The position numbers and the translations under genes are program-made. Of a stretch of DNA of 64,000 nucleotides, positions 51,000 to 63,761 are shown in pieces. Positions within the stretch are counted from its first letter, which is position 1. Each line of letters starts with the position of its first letter. Origin of the DNA: the human T2T-CHM13v2.0 reference genome, Homo sapiens; NCBI RefSeq assembly GCF_009914755.1, contig NC_060931.1. The stretch is one strand, 5' to 3'. The notes under the pieces were generated by a model. The model ran no database searches. It saw only the letters and a list, made by a program, of their open reading frames with translations, and was not told where the DNA came from.

Positions 51000-53900
51000 T
51001 TATATAATTTGGATAATTTTAGCTCAAGTATCAGTTTAGTTCAGATTGCCCATAGTTTTGAGAGTTATATTATTATTGCCATTTTCTTGATGTATTGGGT
51101 ATTCTGCTCCTTCTTGATGCTGAATCCCCTACAATTGACCAGCCTAAGTTTGGTTTTGTTGTTCATCTGTTAAATAAATTTGCAAGTTTATATCTGATGA
51201 GTGAAATACAGTCAAGTAATTACATCTTTTCTAATTATTCATTAGTGAACTGTACATCTAGGCTATACCAAGTTTGCTTTCTGTAACATTTACTTCTAAG
51301 GGTAATATCTGACATGCCTCCTCAAAATCTATAGTGTTATTCTCAGGTTTCATAAAGTAATAGCTTGCTCCTAACATATGCCAAAGTTTTCTAGAACTCT
51401 ATCATCTATTTTTGTTGAGGCGGCTCTTTTTAATATTACATAGTCATTATTTGAAGATTTGAAACAAATATCATAAATATTCTTGGCCTTAAAATAGATA
51501 AAAGAGTAGAGGAATATTATGGTAGTCTTGAGCAAAGCATGAGTTATGAGCTTCATAATTGAATGCATTAATCAAATATTTTCATAATGTGTTCTTACAA
51601 CAGGGTAGAATGGCTTTAGTATTAATACTATATTTTCCATGGCATGATCTGTTTTTCTACAGCTACTCAGCTTACTCAGCTTATTCAGGGACTTCTCTGG
51701 CTATTACCTCCCCAGATATCACATATAATTTTTGTCTTTTTCCACAATTTATACATATATTTAGAATTATGCCTACTTTTCCTAATTTTTAAGGTGGATC
51801 TTTTCTAGGAGAAAAGTGGGGAATAATAATACTGTAGAAGGTAAATTTATCTTTTTTTATATATTCTTATTCACTTGAATATATATTATTATAATAATAA
51901 TCACTTGAATATATTGTAGAAGGTAAATTTATCTCTTTTATATTTTCTTATTCACTTGAAATCTCACAGTTCTTATATCAGTTTTCCATTAATTATTTTG
52001 AAACTATTTTTCTCTGTATATCTGTTTTTAGTAGTCTATCCCTCTTTTCTACCATTTTCTTTGTAGTTAGAGGGTACATGTTACTTCTACCTGACATTAT
52101 TTCTGCCCAGATCTGAATTACCATAGCTTTGAAATAAATCCGTAGATCTGACTGGAGACCTCCACTTTCATCAAATGCTGACCTCCGAATTATTAATTCC
52201 TTTGAAGTGGATTTGAAATAATTATTATATACTAGGTAGTGCATCCCTGCTTCTGAGGACATGTCCACTATACTTAAGCAATTTTATCTTCATTTAGAAT
52301 GTGGTAAGAGTTCTTGTTACATTTTTAAAATTCATCTTTATTAATTTTAGCTTGAATATACACATAGGGTACTCTGTAGGTATCAGAGACAGAATCTATG
52401 TTTATTCAATTTAAAAAAGCAAATAATAAAAATGTGTTTTCTTATATCCCTATTCTTATCCCTGGGGTGACTTACTGAAAACCAAGTCAAATATCTTATA
52501 CAAAGTCTGCAACATAGGCATTGAACAGAGGAAAATGAATTTTATCTGCTTATTTATAGGAGAAAGAGGTCTGCCTCCCATTCCCTTCCCAGAAGGAGAA
52601 AGCAAAACCTTTGGTTTTGGAAACGTTGGAAAGATAGGATGGAAAGGATCCTGGGTTCTCACTCTAATTTTGGGGACTGTAAATACATCTCACAAAGAGC
52701 AAGAGAAAACCTTAGCATATGCAGTTTTAAGATCTAGAGATGCCTTCTAGGTCTTGCCTTCATTTTGCCTTGAAATGGAAGCACATACCTCTGGAGTTAA
52801 ATAAATCTCCCAAGTTCTCTCACTATCTTTGCAGTTGTAAATTAACTTCCTAAGGCTTGATCTTAAGAATGTAATTACATTTTCTGTCACTTTTGCCGAT
52901 ATTTGTAGTATACATTATCCTCTCTATTTTGTAGGCTGGCGATTATTAGCTTTTTTTCTTAACTATTTCTTATTTTCTGCCTTGATCATGATATTATCAA
53001 TAAAATATTCTACTATTATTTCTTCCTTTGAAGTCTGATTTAAATTCTATATAGATTGTTTGCTATTACCAGACTATAAGGTAACCTAGTAACTGTGTTA
53101 AAGGCCCCTTTCTTTGTGAAGGCCAAGTGGGGAAGACTTTCCTATGTTACTAGTAATGCAAACTCTATATTAAATTATTAACATGCATTTTTAGGGGCTG
53201 TTTAAAATCTCATGTGTTATTTTTTGCTGTGAAGCAGCCCTGCAATTTTAGTGACATTTTCCATTTAAATTCCTAACATCGACAATAAATCTCTATTCTT
53301 CCAATAGAGATTGGAAGACTGGCCCAATGGAGAGTTACATGGAAATATTATTTGCCTAATAAGGTTTTAGTCTAAAAGATATTGTATTATTGTTATACCT
53401 TCTAATCCTCCTGTAATCTTATATTGACAAGTATTTACAATTTGGTCAATGTAAAGTATTTCAAGATTTCACTTAGTTTTATCTCTTTTATGAGCTCTGT
53501 TAAATTGTGTTTGTTTCCAATTTTCCTGAGTTTTTTTTCTTCAAATAGTATTCATTCCTATTACGCATTCATAAATTGGTGCTTTTTACAATGTTATAGT
53601 TTCTTAACGACTATACTAAAAATTGTCTCCATTGTTCCATTTCCTAGTTATTGCTTTTCAGGAAGTCTCATTTTTATGTTTTATTTTTATTCTCAATGAC
53701 TTGCTTGCTCTAGAATTATTATTACTTGTATGTCTATTCAATATATTATTGTTTGATTTTCTTCTTTATCACTTTAGGAATTATATGTAACAGATGTGGT
53801 TGTATAGACAGAATTGTCATCTGATGTGACCAAAATCTGAGACTCCCAGGTATATAGGTCATATATTTCCTAATCTGAGGGTTTATTTAGATCGGTTCCA

Positions 53901-54260
53901 GTCCTGAACTCTATAGTGCACTGCATTTTTTTTTTCTACTTTGTGTTTTTGTTTTGTTCTCGCTGTTTTTTTAATCTGGGTTTTGGTTACAATCTACAAT
54001 CCTTGGTTTCTCTGCCAGGACTTTTACATTGTTTTTTCAGATTATCTGAATCATAGCAGTGTTTTTGTGTTAGTGGCATAAAGTTTTTTCAGTTAGGGCA
54101 TTTTCTTGTTTTCACTCCCTCTTTTGTCCACTATGTTATTTATCATTTTTATTATATCTAAATATTATTTTATACTATCTATCGGTAACACACTTATTTT
54201 GCTTTTAGAAATGCAGCTATCCATTGCGAATTTCAAGATATTTTTCTCTACATTTCTTTT
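51000..54260 (-). mobile_element. Probable very old L1-related fragment(s)
   Basis: Minus-strand DNA resembles ORF2 linker motifs (ttttgaggaggca..cttagaagtaaatgttacag ~ LWDAAKAVLRGKFI; caacaaaaccaaa..gctggt ~ INKTKSWF); strong purine skew. Confidence 0.4.
51833..51960. repeat. Imperfect ~47-bp direct duplication with a partial third copy
   Basis: tgtagaaggtaaatttatct..ttcttattcacttgaa at 51833-51879 and 51915-51960; tcacttgaatata repeated at 51901. Confidence 0.9.
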
Positions 54261-54276
54261 TTTGCCATTATATTCA

Positions 54277-54890
54277 TTTTAGTTAATTTTATTTTAAGCT
54301 TAGGGGTACATGTGCTGGTTTGTTACATAGGTATACTTGTGTCATGGGGGTTTGCTGTACAGATTATTTCATCACCCAGGTATTAAGCCTAGTACCCATT
54401 AGTTATTTTTCCTGATCCTCTCCTTCTTTCCACCCTCCACCCTCAACCCTCCAAAAGGTCTCATTGTGTGTTGTTACTGTCTATGTGTCCATGTGTTTTC
54501 ATCATTTAGCTTCCCAGTCAGGGCCTTTAGCCACTCCTGTGGATGTTCTGTGACCTACAGAGATTTGAAAACTCCCTGAGATGAAACTCCCAGAGGAAGG
54601 AGCGAGCCACCATATTTGCTGTTTGAGTGACTTAGCAGCTCCAGCCTTGGGGCTTTGGAGAGGCGAAGCCGACCAGGTGGTGGAAGCGGTACCCTAGAAC
54701 AGCACAATGACCCCACAAAATGTGGCCAGACTGCTTTTTTAAGCGGGACCCCAATCTCATTCCTCATCACTATGTGGAGCCTCCCAACTGGGGTCTCTGA
54801 CTACCACAACTTGTGTTCTCAGGCTGACAGAGGCTTCAGGTCTCCTTGGGACATAACTCCCAAGAGGAGGGGCAGGCCACCCTCTTTATG
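54277..54890. mobile_element. Old L1PA insertion: 3' UTR (-) fused at ~54516 to 5' UTR (+)
   Basis: ggggtacatgtgctggtttgttacatagg..catcatttagcttccc then L1PA 5' UTR motifs (actcccagaggaaggagcgagccaccatatttgctg, ggccagactgcttttttaagcggg). Confidence 0.8.
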
Positions 54891-55777
54891 TTTCTTCACA
54901 GACAATGGCTGAACACGTATGTGCACACACACACATACATATCTGTGTGTATGAATAAACGTATATTTTTTATATTTAATTTTAACTGCATAATATTTAC
55001 CCTGTGCCATATTCTCAGTCATTCAGAAGGCATCTATCAATTCCTCAATTTTTTTCTATAGGAGCTATAATGCTATGTAACTTAGTTTTGTTTCTTAGTA
55101 TAGTTCTCATTGCTGTCTTTTTAATTTGTTCTGTTTCTTCTACACACAGAGGTCCTTTATACCTTTCTGGTTGTGACTACTATATCCATTCCATCGTTCC
55201 AATGTGGTTATTAATTCAGTGGCTACTGTTATGATTATTAATGGCTTCGTTAGGCCCTGGCCATCAATGTTTCCATTGTTTGAATACATACCTCAGTAGA
55301 GACCTGATATTATTTTTGTGCATGACTATTGATTTAATTTTTAATTATATCCATCACCTCTAGTTTTACTTCTTGATCTGTTAGAAAACCAGTATCGTCT
55401 TCTTTTAAATATTAAGTAGGAGTCATGGAACTTTGAATTTTCCTGACTCATGGCAGAATCCTTTCCTTGAAATTTATAGATTTGCCCTAACGTATGCTCT
55501 CATTCCTAAGACTTTTGTTTTGGGGACTTCTTTTGCTTTTGATGTTTTCTTTCAAATAATTGTCCTAGCTGCCAGAAACCCATCCTCATCATCCTTTATC
55601 CCAGGTAGACAACTCATAGAATTACGATCACATAAGTAATCATTTGGTAGACAGTTAAGTTCTTATATTTCAGCTACATTTCCTGTCCTACCTTCCTGTC
55701 TGTCAACACTGTGCCGGTGTGTCCGGAATTGGTGGGTTCTTGGTCTCACTGACTTCAAGAATGCAGCCGCGGACCCT

Positions 55778-56135
55778 CGCGGTGAGTGTTACAGCTCTTA
55801 AGGTGGCGCGTCTGGAGTTTGTTCCTTCTGATGTTCAGATGTGTTCGGAGTTTCTTCCTTCTGGTGGGTTCGTGGTCTCGCTGGCTCAGGAGCGAAGCTG
55901 CAGACCTTCGCGGTGAGTGTTACAGCTCTTAAGGTAGAGCGTCTGGAGTTGTTCGTTCCTCCCGGTGGGCTCGTGGTCTCACTGGGCTCAGGAGCGAAGC
56001 TGCACATCTTCGCGGTGAGTGTTATAGGTCTTAAGGCAGAGCCTCTGGAGTTGTTCGTTCCTCCCGGTGGGCTCGTGGTCTCGCTGGGCTCAGGAGTGAA
56101 GCTGCAGATCTTCGCCGTGAGTGTTACAGCTCATA
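55778..56135 (-). repeat. LTR12 U5 tandem repeats (~100-130 bp)
   Basis: gtgagtgtta recurs near 55782, 55913, 56015 and 56117. Confidence 0.9.
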
Positions 56136-56229
56136 AAAGCAGCGTGGACCCAAAGAGTGAGCAGTAGCAAGATTTATTGTAAAAAGCGAAAGAACAAAGC
56201 TTCCACAGTGTGGAAGGGGACCCGAGCGG

Positions 56230-56815
56230 GTTGCCAATGCTGGCTCCCGCAGCCTGCGTTTATTCTCTTATCTGGCCCCACCCACGTCCTGCTGATTGGT
56301 AGAGCCCAGTGGCCTGTTTTGACAGGGCGCTGACTGGTGCGTTTACAATCCCTGAGCTAGATACATAGGTTCTCCATGTCCCCATCAGATAGTTAGATAC
56401 AGAGTATGGACACAAAGGTTCTCCAAGGCCCCACCAGAGCAGCTAGATACAGAGTGTCGATTGGTGCACTCACAAACCCTGAGCTAGACACAGGGTGCTG
56501 ATTGGTGTGTTTACAAACCTTGAGCTAGATACAGAGTGCCAATTGGTGTATTTACAATCCCTGAGCTAGACATAAAGGTTCTCCAAGGACCCACCAGAGC
56601 AGCTAGATACAGTGTCCATTGGTGCACTCACAAACCTTGAGCTAAACACAGGGTGCTGATTGGTGTATTTACAATCCCTGAGCTAGACATAAAGGTTCTC
56701 CAAGGCCCCACCAGAGCAGCTAGATACAGAGTGTCGATTGGTGCACTCACAAACCTTGAGCTAAACACAGGGTGCTGATTGGTATATTTACAATCCCTGA
56801 GCTAGACATAAAGAC
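56230..56815 (-). promoter_or_regulatory. LTR12 U3 enhancer/promoter: tandem ~40-bp units with CCAAT (NF-Y) and GATA motifs, TATA-like AATAAA near 56259-56264
   Basis: Repeated gattggtg..acaa..tgagctaga(t/c)ac; GATAAGAGAATAAA on minus is the known ERV9 core promoter; transcription would run toward lower coordinates. Confidence 0.8.
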
Positions 56816-57489
56816 TCTCCACGTCCCCACCAGACTCAGGAGCCCAGCTGGCTTCACCTAGTGGATCCCACACTGGGGGTGCAGGTGGAGCTGCCTGCCA
56901 GTCCCGCGCTGTGCGCTCGCACTCCTCAGCCCTTGGGTGGTCGATGGGACTGGGCGCCTTGGAGCAGGGGGTGGTGCTCGTCGGGGAGGCTCGGGCCGCA
57001 CAGGAGCCCATGGAGTGGGTGGGAGGCTCAGGCATGGCGGGCTGCAGGTCCCGAGCCCTGCCCCGCGGGAAGGCAGCTAAGGCTCGGTGAGAAATCGAGC
57101 GCAGCGCCGGTGGGCTGGCACTGCTGGGGGACCCACTAAACTCTCTGCAGCCACTGGCCTGGGTGCTAAGTCCCTCATTGCCCGGGGCCAGCAGGGCTGG
57201 TCGGCTGCTCCGAGTGCGGGACGCGCCAAGCCCCCGCCCACCCGGAACTCCAGCTGGCCCGCAAGGGCCTCACGCAGCCCCGGTTCCCGCTCGCGCCTCT
57301 CCCTCCACACCTCCCTGCAAGCTGAGGGAGTGGGCTCCAGCCTTGCCAGCCCAGAAAGGGGCTCCCACAGTGCAGTGGTGGGCTGAAGGGCTCCTCAAAT
57401 GCCGCCAAAGTGGGAGCCCAGGCAGAGGAGGTGCCGAGAGCAAGCGAGGGCTCTGAGGACTTCCAGCACGCTGTCACCTCTCACCGGGT

Positions 57490-58140
57490 TTCTAGGTTTA
57501 GGTTTAGCAAATCAAAAGGCAGGGAACATAAAAAGATATCACTGATGACAAGCACATACTCATTTAGTGCAATATTCACATTTATTTTCATTCAACAACC
57601 TGAGGAAGAGAATTAAGAACGAGAAGGAACAGAATTTGAGACACTACATCATCAGGAGTGGTCATCCTCTCACTGCCTTTGAATCACAGATACGTTTGAA
57701 TCACAACAGAAATAATACTGGACCCCACTACCAATATTTTCTTTTTCCTGACTGAAAAGGACATTGAAATAGATTTACAGTTAGCATTTTACCATTTGCA
57801 GAATATCTGATTCTTCATGAGAGACATAGAGAAATTAATGTTTGGTGCTTGATTCTCAGTGACAGTATGACTGACCAGGCTAGTGTTAAAACCTTTACTA
57901 AGGGCCTGGGGGGTTTTAGGAGCGAGGGATCATTGCATAGAGCCTTATTACTGCTTCCTCAAGCTTTCTTTCCAGTGTAAACCTCTTGTTTACACCAGGT
58001 AAAAACATGTTTTTCACTTTTAAAATCTTCTCAAAAACAACATGTTCAAAAACAAGTTTTAAATAAATATGTTTATTACATTACCTAAAAACAATGTTTT
58101 CACTTTGACAAAGTAAGATGGAAACACTGCCAAACAAGTT
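57490..58140 (-). repeat. Copy 2 of the diverged ~650-bp direct repeat
   Basis: caatattcacatttatttt; ggtaaaaacatgttttt..aaaacaacatgttcaaaaacaag..aaatatgtttat. Confidence 0.8.
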
Positions 58141-58229
58141 GCACATTTTAGGGCACAGGGAAATGAATCATGCTTCATTCATTTTCATGCAAATTATGTA
58201 CATTACATGTATGCATATGTTTAGCTACA

Positions 58230-59050
58230 GTAAGTAAAATAAGTGGCACACAGTTTCCTAAAGTGGTTATACCAATCTACCCGGCCAACTCCGCATATGA
58301 GAGATCCAGCTGCTCCATTTTCAAATCAAGACATAGTATTTCTATTTTTCAGTTTCTTAGTTACAATGGTATGTGATGATATAAAATATTTTAATTGCAA
58401 TATCTTGATTACCAATAATGCTGAATATCTTTCTTTTACGTTTATTTGTGAAGTGTTTGCTTTGCCGATTTTTCTATTTGGGTTTTGTATTTGTCTGTTT
58501 TGCTTATTGATTTGAGGAAGTTCTTTCAATACTGTTGATACAAATTCATTGTAATTCAGCTGTTTATAGAATCTTGTGAAATTATTCAAGTCATTTCAAT
58601 AATTTGAGACTCATTTTATTTCCCAGAAAAAGGACCATTTTGGTAAGTGTTTCTGTGTACTTGTAAAAGGCATATTCAGAGTTGTTAGTTTCAGCATTCT
58701 AGATATGTAAACTATGTCTTGTTTTTGAATTTTGTTGTTAAATATTCTATATAATTACTGACTTTTTAATACTTGCTCTATCTGCTAGCAAGTTTCAACA
58801 TGTTACAGTCTGATACTATAATTGAGCATTTGGTATTTTATTTTCAGATCTTTTTAATCTAATATTTTTTCCATTATATTTAAAGCTTATGATTTGTATG
58901 TATGTGTATGGTTCCATTTTGGTTTTCTTGTTATTCAAATATAAAAATTGTTGTCTTCTAGTGGAATACGTATACTTTCAATGTATACATTGCTATATTT
59001 GAGTTTTTGTTTGCCATCACTCATTTATTTTCTTATTTGACCCACCTATT
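58230..59050 (-). mobile_element. Ancient L1M ORF2 fragments
   Basis: tttcctaaagtggttataccaat..tatgagagatccagctgctcca; tttgaggaagttcttt. Confidence 0.6.
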
Positions 59051-59212
59051 TAATAACGTCATCTTCCTCTTCTTCAAGTAAAACTCTGACATTAGTAAAA
59101 CCATGTATGTCATCATATTGCTGTGGAGACTAAATGAAATAAGCATAGGGTATATTTAGCAGACTCTGATTCATTTAGTCTTCATCATAATATTATACAT
59201 CATATTACTAAT

Positions 59213-59367
59213 GTTAGAGTTTCAATTGGACAAGATGAAAAAGTTCTAGAGGTAAATGGTGGGGATAGTTGTATAACAATCTGAATGTACTTAATGCCAC
59301 AGAACTGTATATTGTCGTATGGTTAAAATGGTAAATTTCATGTTAATATGTTTTATCACAATAAAAA
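59213..59367 (+). mobile_element. L1MB 3' end fragment inserted in a MIR
   Basis: gatgaaaaagttctagag..aatgtacttaatgccacagaactgta..atggttaaaatggtaaattt..cacaataaaaa. Confidence 0.85.
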
Positions 59368-59907
59368 TTTGGAAGTAAGGCAAATAACTAAATAACTAGC
59401 CCAGGATCACATACCTTGTGCTGTATTAAAACTGGAATTTAATCTTATATCTATCTGACTCAAAAAAATGCATATTCTTAACTGATATGGTGCACTTTGA
59501 TATCATTTAAAATGGTATTTATGTAAATTACAGCCCCCAGTGAAATAGGTTGTATTTAGAATGATATAATTTCTACTAAAAAAACTGAAAAATAGAAATG
59601 TTCTGCAAAAGGAGACAATGCTGTTGTGTAATGAAAAAATACCTCAATTGCCATATAATTAAAATCTTGACTAGATATTTGTTCTAGGGAAAATAACTTA
59701 ATTTTCCAGGGCCTCAGATTCTTGATCTATAAAAGTAGGAAAACACTTTTACTAATTACTATGTACACCTTATATGACAGTTAAATTCAACAACTGATGG
59801 TTCATATTCGCTTAAAGATATATTAACTAGAAAAGCTGACACTAGTAGTTGATTGCTTAAATGTATAATGATTGGTTATTGTGTTTGTACTAAATTATGT
59901 TAATTAA

Positions 59908-60638
59908 TGTTGGGCTCATAAAACAATGCCCCAAAATATGATGCTTTGGCTTTCTGAGTGCCTTTGATTAAAGAAAATTGAAAGGCATCTGAAATAAGCC
60001 CCAAAACCAAGGTCTCTCTACAACCTTTCCCCAGCACCCTGTATCTCTGATCTTCTTTCTTTCCCAAAGTGCTGGAAAGGATTTGCTCTGGAGTTTTCTT
60101 AACTGGCTAGAGAAGCTTCATTCCAAAAGAAATGCTAGCGTCTTAAAACCCCTTCCCCAGGTATCTCATCAAATAACCAGGAAAGTTTAACCATTAGAAA
60201 AGAGGAGAGACTGGGAGACATCACCATGCACAGAAAGAATTTACACTAATTCTTCTGAGGGTAGCTCTGAGTGGTTGCCTGGAAGACTTATCTGAAGCAT
60301 AGGACAACCTTTGTTCACAGTGAAGTTCCACCCTTTACCACCACCTCCCATAGAACTCAGAGACACTTTGTCCCAGGCTATTGTTCTTTGGGTTCATTCA
60401 ATTCCATCTGAAAATAATCGACTCCTGTAACCCCTCATTTTCCCTTCCCTTATAAAGATGGATATATAAGCATCTAGATCTCATTAAGTTATTAGGTAAT
60501 TATTTTCCTGAGATTCCCACATGCTTATGTGTATTAAATAAATTTGGTTTGTCTTTTTCTCCTATTAATCTGCCTTTTGTCAGTTCAGCTTCAGCAAACC
60601 TTCAGTAGGCAGAGAGGAAATTTCCCTCTGGCCCTACA
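59908..60638 (+). mobile_element. MER39-like ERV1 solo LTR
   Basis: tgttgggctcataaaacaatgccccaaaatatg..aataaatttg..tctcctattaatctgccttttgtcag..aaccttcag..ccctaca; flanks ttaa / ctaa. Confidence 0.8.
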
Positions 60639-62979
60639 CTAAACTAAACATGTAGTTTAAAGGTTTAATTTTAAAAAATACAAGGAATGCGTTTGAGATT
60701 TTTTTATATGCTAAAGGAAAAAAAGGTTTTTTTTTATTTTTCTATATATTCCGAAATCAAAGGTACATGTAAAAATATTGGTAGACCTAATGGAAGATAT
60801 GGCCTCAGTTCTTACTCTGTGCCCAAATGTCGGCAATTCTTCAATACAGAAATTCACATTTGATAAAATATTTCAAGATTCTGGAACACAGAATTTACCC
60901 TAACTGGAAATATTCATACTACTACTTATTTTAACTCCCAATCACATATTTTTCTCCTTATCTTACTTCACTTAGCCCATTACAAATAACTGAAATTAAT
61001 GTGTTTTATTTTATGTTACTTTTAAGTTGTGTTAGCTTCTTTAAAGTGGTCCATACCAAAATGTTAGCTAATTTTATTTTATATGGTAACTGTTTCCTTG
61101 GTGGTGTTATAAGTTTCAATTAAGCCTCACCTCAAAGAGAAAGGTTAAGTAATAAAGGTATTGTCAACATTGTAGTTTTAATAGCTATTCTTTATTTCCC
61201 AATTTATGTCATATTTACACCTATTGATTTTATAATTGAATAGAACAATTTAATTTAGAGACTACAGATATAGGAGACTTAGCTTGAACTTAAATTCCAT
61301 GTTCCTCACTTATTACAGGCAAGTTATTAACCTCTGAGGCCTTTGATTTCATCTTGAAAATAAAGGTAGTAATATTTATTTCTGCTTTATTCTGAGGAAT
61401 AAATGGGAAAGTATATGATAAAATGCAAACTTAAAATGTTATTTTCTGTCACTTTCAGATACAAAATGAAAATTCAGAATTTAACTGACTTTCACAAGTA
61501 TATTCCAAGTTGGTGGTAAAATAAACACTAGAATCAAATGTTTGTATTTTTTGAATATTTATGTATAATGCCTTTCAGTTATATTGATAAAAATAATGCA
61601 TGCTTTTATTGATATGTTATTAGGTTGAGGTGAACAATGTAAAGTTTATTTGTACTTTTCTATTTGTTAGGGCATCTGGAAAAAGCACAATCTCTTTTAT
61701 ATTATAAACTTTTATCTACACAATTTTGTAACATGAATAGAGAACTTCCAATCACAGAGAGAGTAAAAAGTGGAGCCAGTATTGGAATGTAGAAAAACAT
61801 TGACTTTCAAAACTAATTTTTCTAATATATTACTAGGTTCTGTATTACATAGTATGGGATAATTTAGAAATATAACTGATAGAGAATTAGGTTATAAATG
61901 GCTAAGTCTGTTTAGAGAAAAGAGATAAGCACAATAAAAATAAATGAGTACATGTTATAAATAACATTTGAAGACAATATGAAAGCTCATGAAACAGCAT
62001 AGCTTACTTGACAAGAGAATGGTATAGGCAATATACATGACAGAAATTTAAATGAGGTGAAACAAACCTCTCTCTCTCTCTTCTCAGAACCTGGCTAATA
62101 GACTTGGAATGGCAGGTTTGATAGGCTTATACTAGTTCCCCATCCAGGTTTAATTTCTCATATCACCCATTAACTTCAACCTCCCTTTATAACAATATTA
62201 CCTATGCCTATAAGGAAAATGTTTCTTCAGATTTCAACTGTTATGTACTCTGCAATAGATACTGGATATTTTTTGTACATTTGTTCTGTCAATGTATTTT
62301 CTTTTTCCTCTTAGAAACATTCTCTGACATGAATTAAATCTTCGATTAACTGAACTTTGTACAATATCTTGTACACTCAGAATTGCACACACTGGCCTCA
62401 TAACCTTCTTAGATACTTGTATCAGATTAGGTTTGGCTTAAATATATATCAGGCTAGATTTTTTTAACTATATACTGCTTATAAGACACATACATAAAAG
62501 GGCATAGCCTTCTATCTGGGCACAACCTTTTGTGTGTGTATGTGAATTCGCCCATCTAAGTGTAAAGATTCCATGATCAAAACAAAACAAAACACACAAA
62601 CAAAAAACCATGAGGATTTCTATCAGGATTCACTGAGTTATATTTTGGTAGCAAATAAACCTCTAATCCAAATGATGTATGTAATTTGTATGTCTAACAT
62701 GGATCAGCAGAAGAGCTTTGATGATTATTGTCTGTCTTTCAGATACCCAGATAGATTGAACAACCACTATCTCTTATGTTGCTGGTTACTATGTTAGAAG
62801 AAAGAAGCTCTGGGGCATCTGGCATAAGCAATGTATTGTTCCAGCCTAGAAATGACATGTAATAATTCAGCATTCAAATGATCTGTCTGAATTAGTCACA
62901 TGGACCAGTTACCAGTGGCCTAGAGACAGAAGTAGGGAAAATAGTACATATTTGTAATCAGCACCTCAACTGCAAGACT

Positions 62980-63280
62980 GGCCTTGCCCAAGTCACACCT
63001 TTCCATAGCTGACCACATCTAGAGACTGAGGTGAGGTGAACTAGAGAGGCCTAGCCATTTCCATCACTATTAGGCAACTCTGACAGGCAATCCTTTTTCC
63101 AGATATTTTATCCTGTTGGCCAGAGTTTTGACAATTTTGCATCATAGCTTGACTTGATTTCACTCTCTGTCCAATTCTGCTTCCTCTCCCTTCCTTTAAG
63201 GTGTGTTGATTCATAATAAACATCTTGTGCTTTAAACTTCATCTCAACAGCTGCTTCTGGTATACCCAACCTGTGATAGT
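62980..63280 (+). mobile_element. LTR16-like ERVL LTR 3' portion
   Basis: aataaacatcttgtg..catctcaacagctgcttctggtatacccaacctgtgata terminus. Confidence 0.55.
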
Positions 63281-63761
63281 CTGAAATTGATTCAGACCTT
63301 GTGAACATAACCATTTTACCTTGAAGAACATTTAATTCCTTTATTACATACACTGTCTAATTCTATTTTTGTTAACTTTTCTTTTCTAAGAAGGGTGAGG
63401 AAGTACATTTGCCTGTCATTTATTTTACAAAAACAAAAACAAGTATTTTCAATGCTTGAAAGTTAAAAGTCTGGTTTCATGATTTCTCTAAAAATTATTT
63501 TGCTATAGTTAATTTAATATTTATTTTTAGTCTGGATTCTGGCAAACATAGTGTTTTTATTTCTTTCTTTATTCATCTATGTGTTCATTTGTGTGACCGA
63601 AACTAGATATTTTGTTCCTTAATAGATCGTTTTTCCTTCTACATTAATAGAGCCTTTAATTTTTATCAGTTTTATACCCACTCAAAATTAACACTATATT
63701 TTCCACTATTCCTTTTAGATAGATGTGAACATAGACTAAATTGCAGCCAATAATATAACTA

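Larger units (their letters stand above)
55718..57483 (-). mobile_element. LTR12C-type (HERV9) solo LTR
   Basis: Minus strand begins TGAGAGGTGACAGCGTGCTGG and ends AATTCCGGACACA; 4-bp TSD ccgg (55714-55717 / 57484-57487). Confidence 0.96.

Noticed and set aside
51020-52260. Minus-strand peptides faintly resembling odorant-binding/allergen lipocalins (LRIYF; GKRQKLYV; NYLTVFHSSDINLQIY; RGFSIKKEQ..NLN*TDT*)
   Set aside because: The match needs frameshifts and gives mutually inconsistent exon models, and the similarity is weak. The same DNA matches ancient L1 ORF2 linker motifs at nucleotide level. A frameshift-aware Lipocalin HMM search would settle it.
56290-56815. Regular ~40-bp repeat array superficially like a CRISPR
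   Set aside because: There are no unique spacers and no cas genes, and the DNA is eukaryotic; this is the known LTR12 U3 enhancer array.
56880-57480. CpG-island-like region with many ORFs
   Set aside because: It is the intrinsic CpG-rich U3 of LTR12C, not a host gene promoter or CDS.
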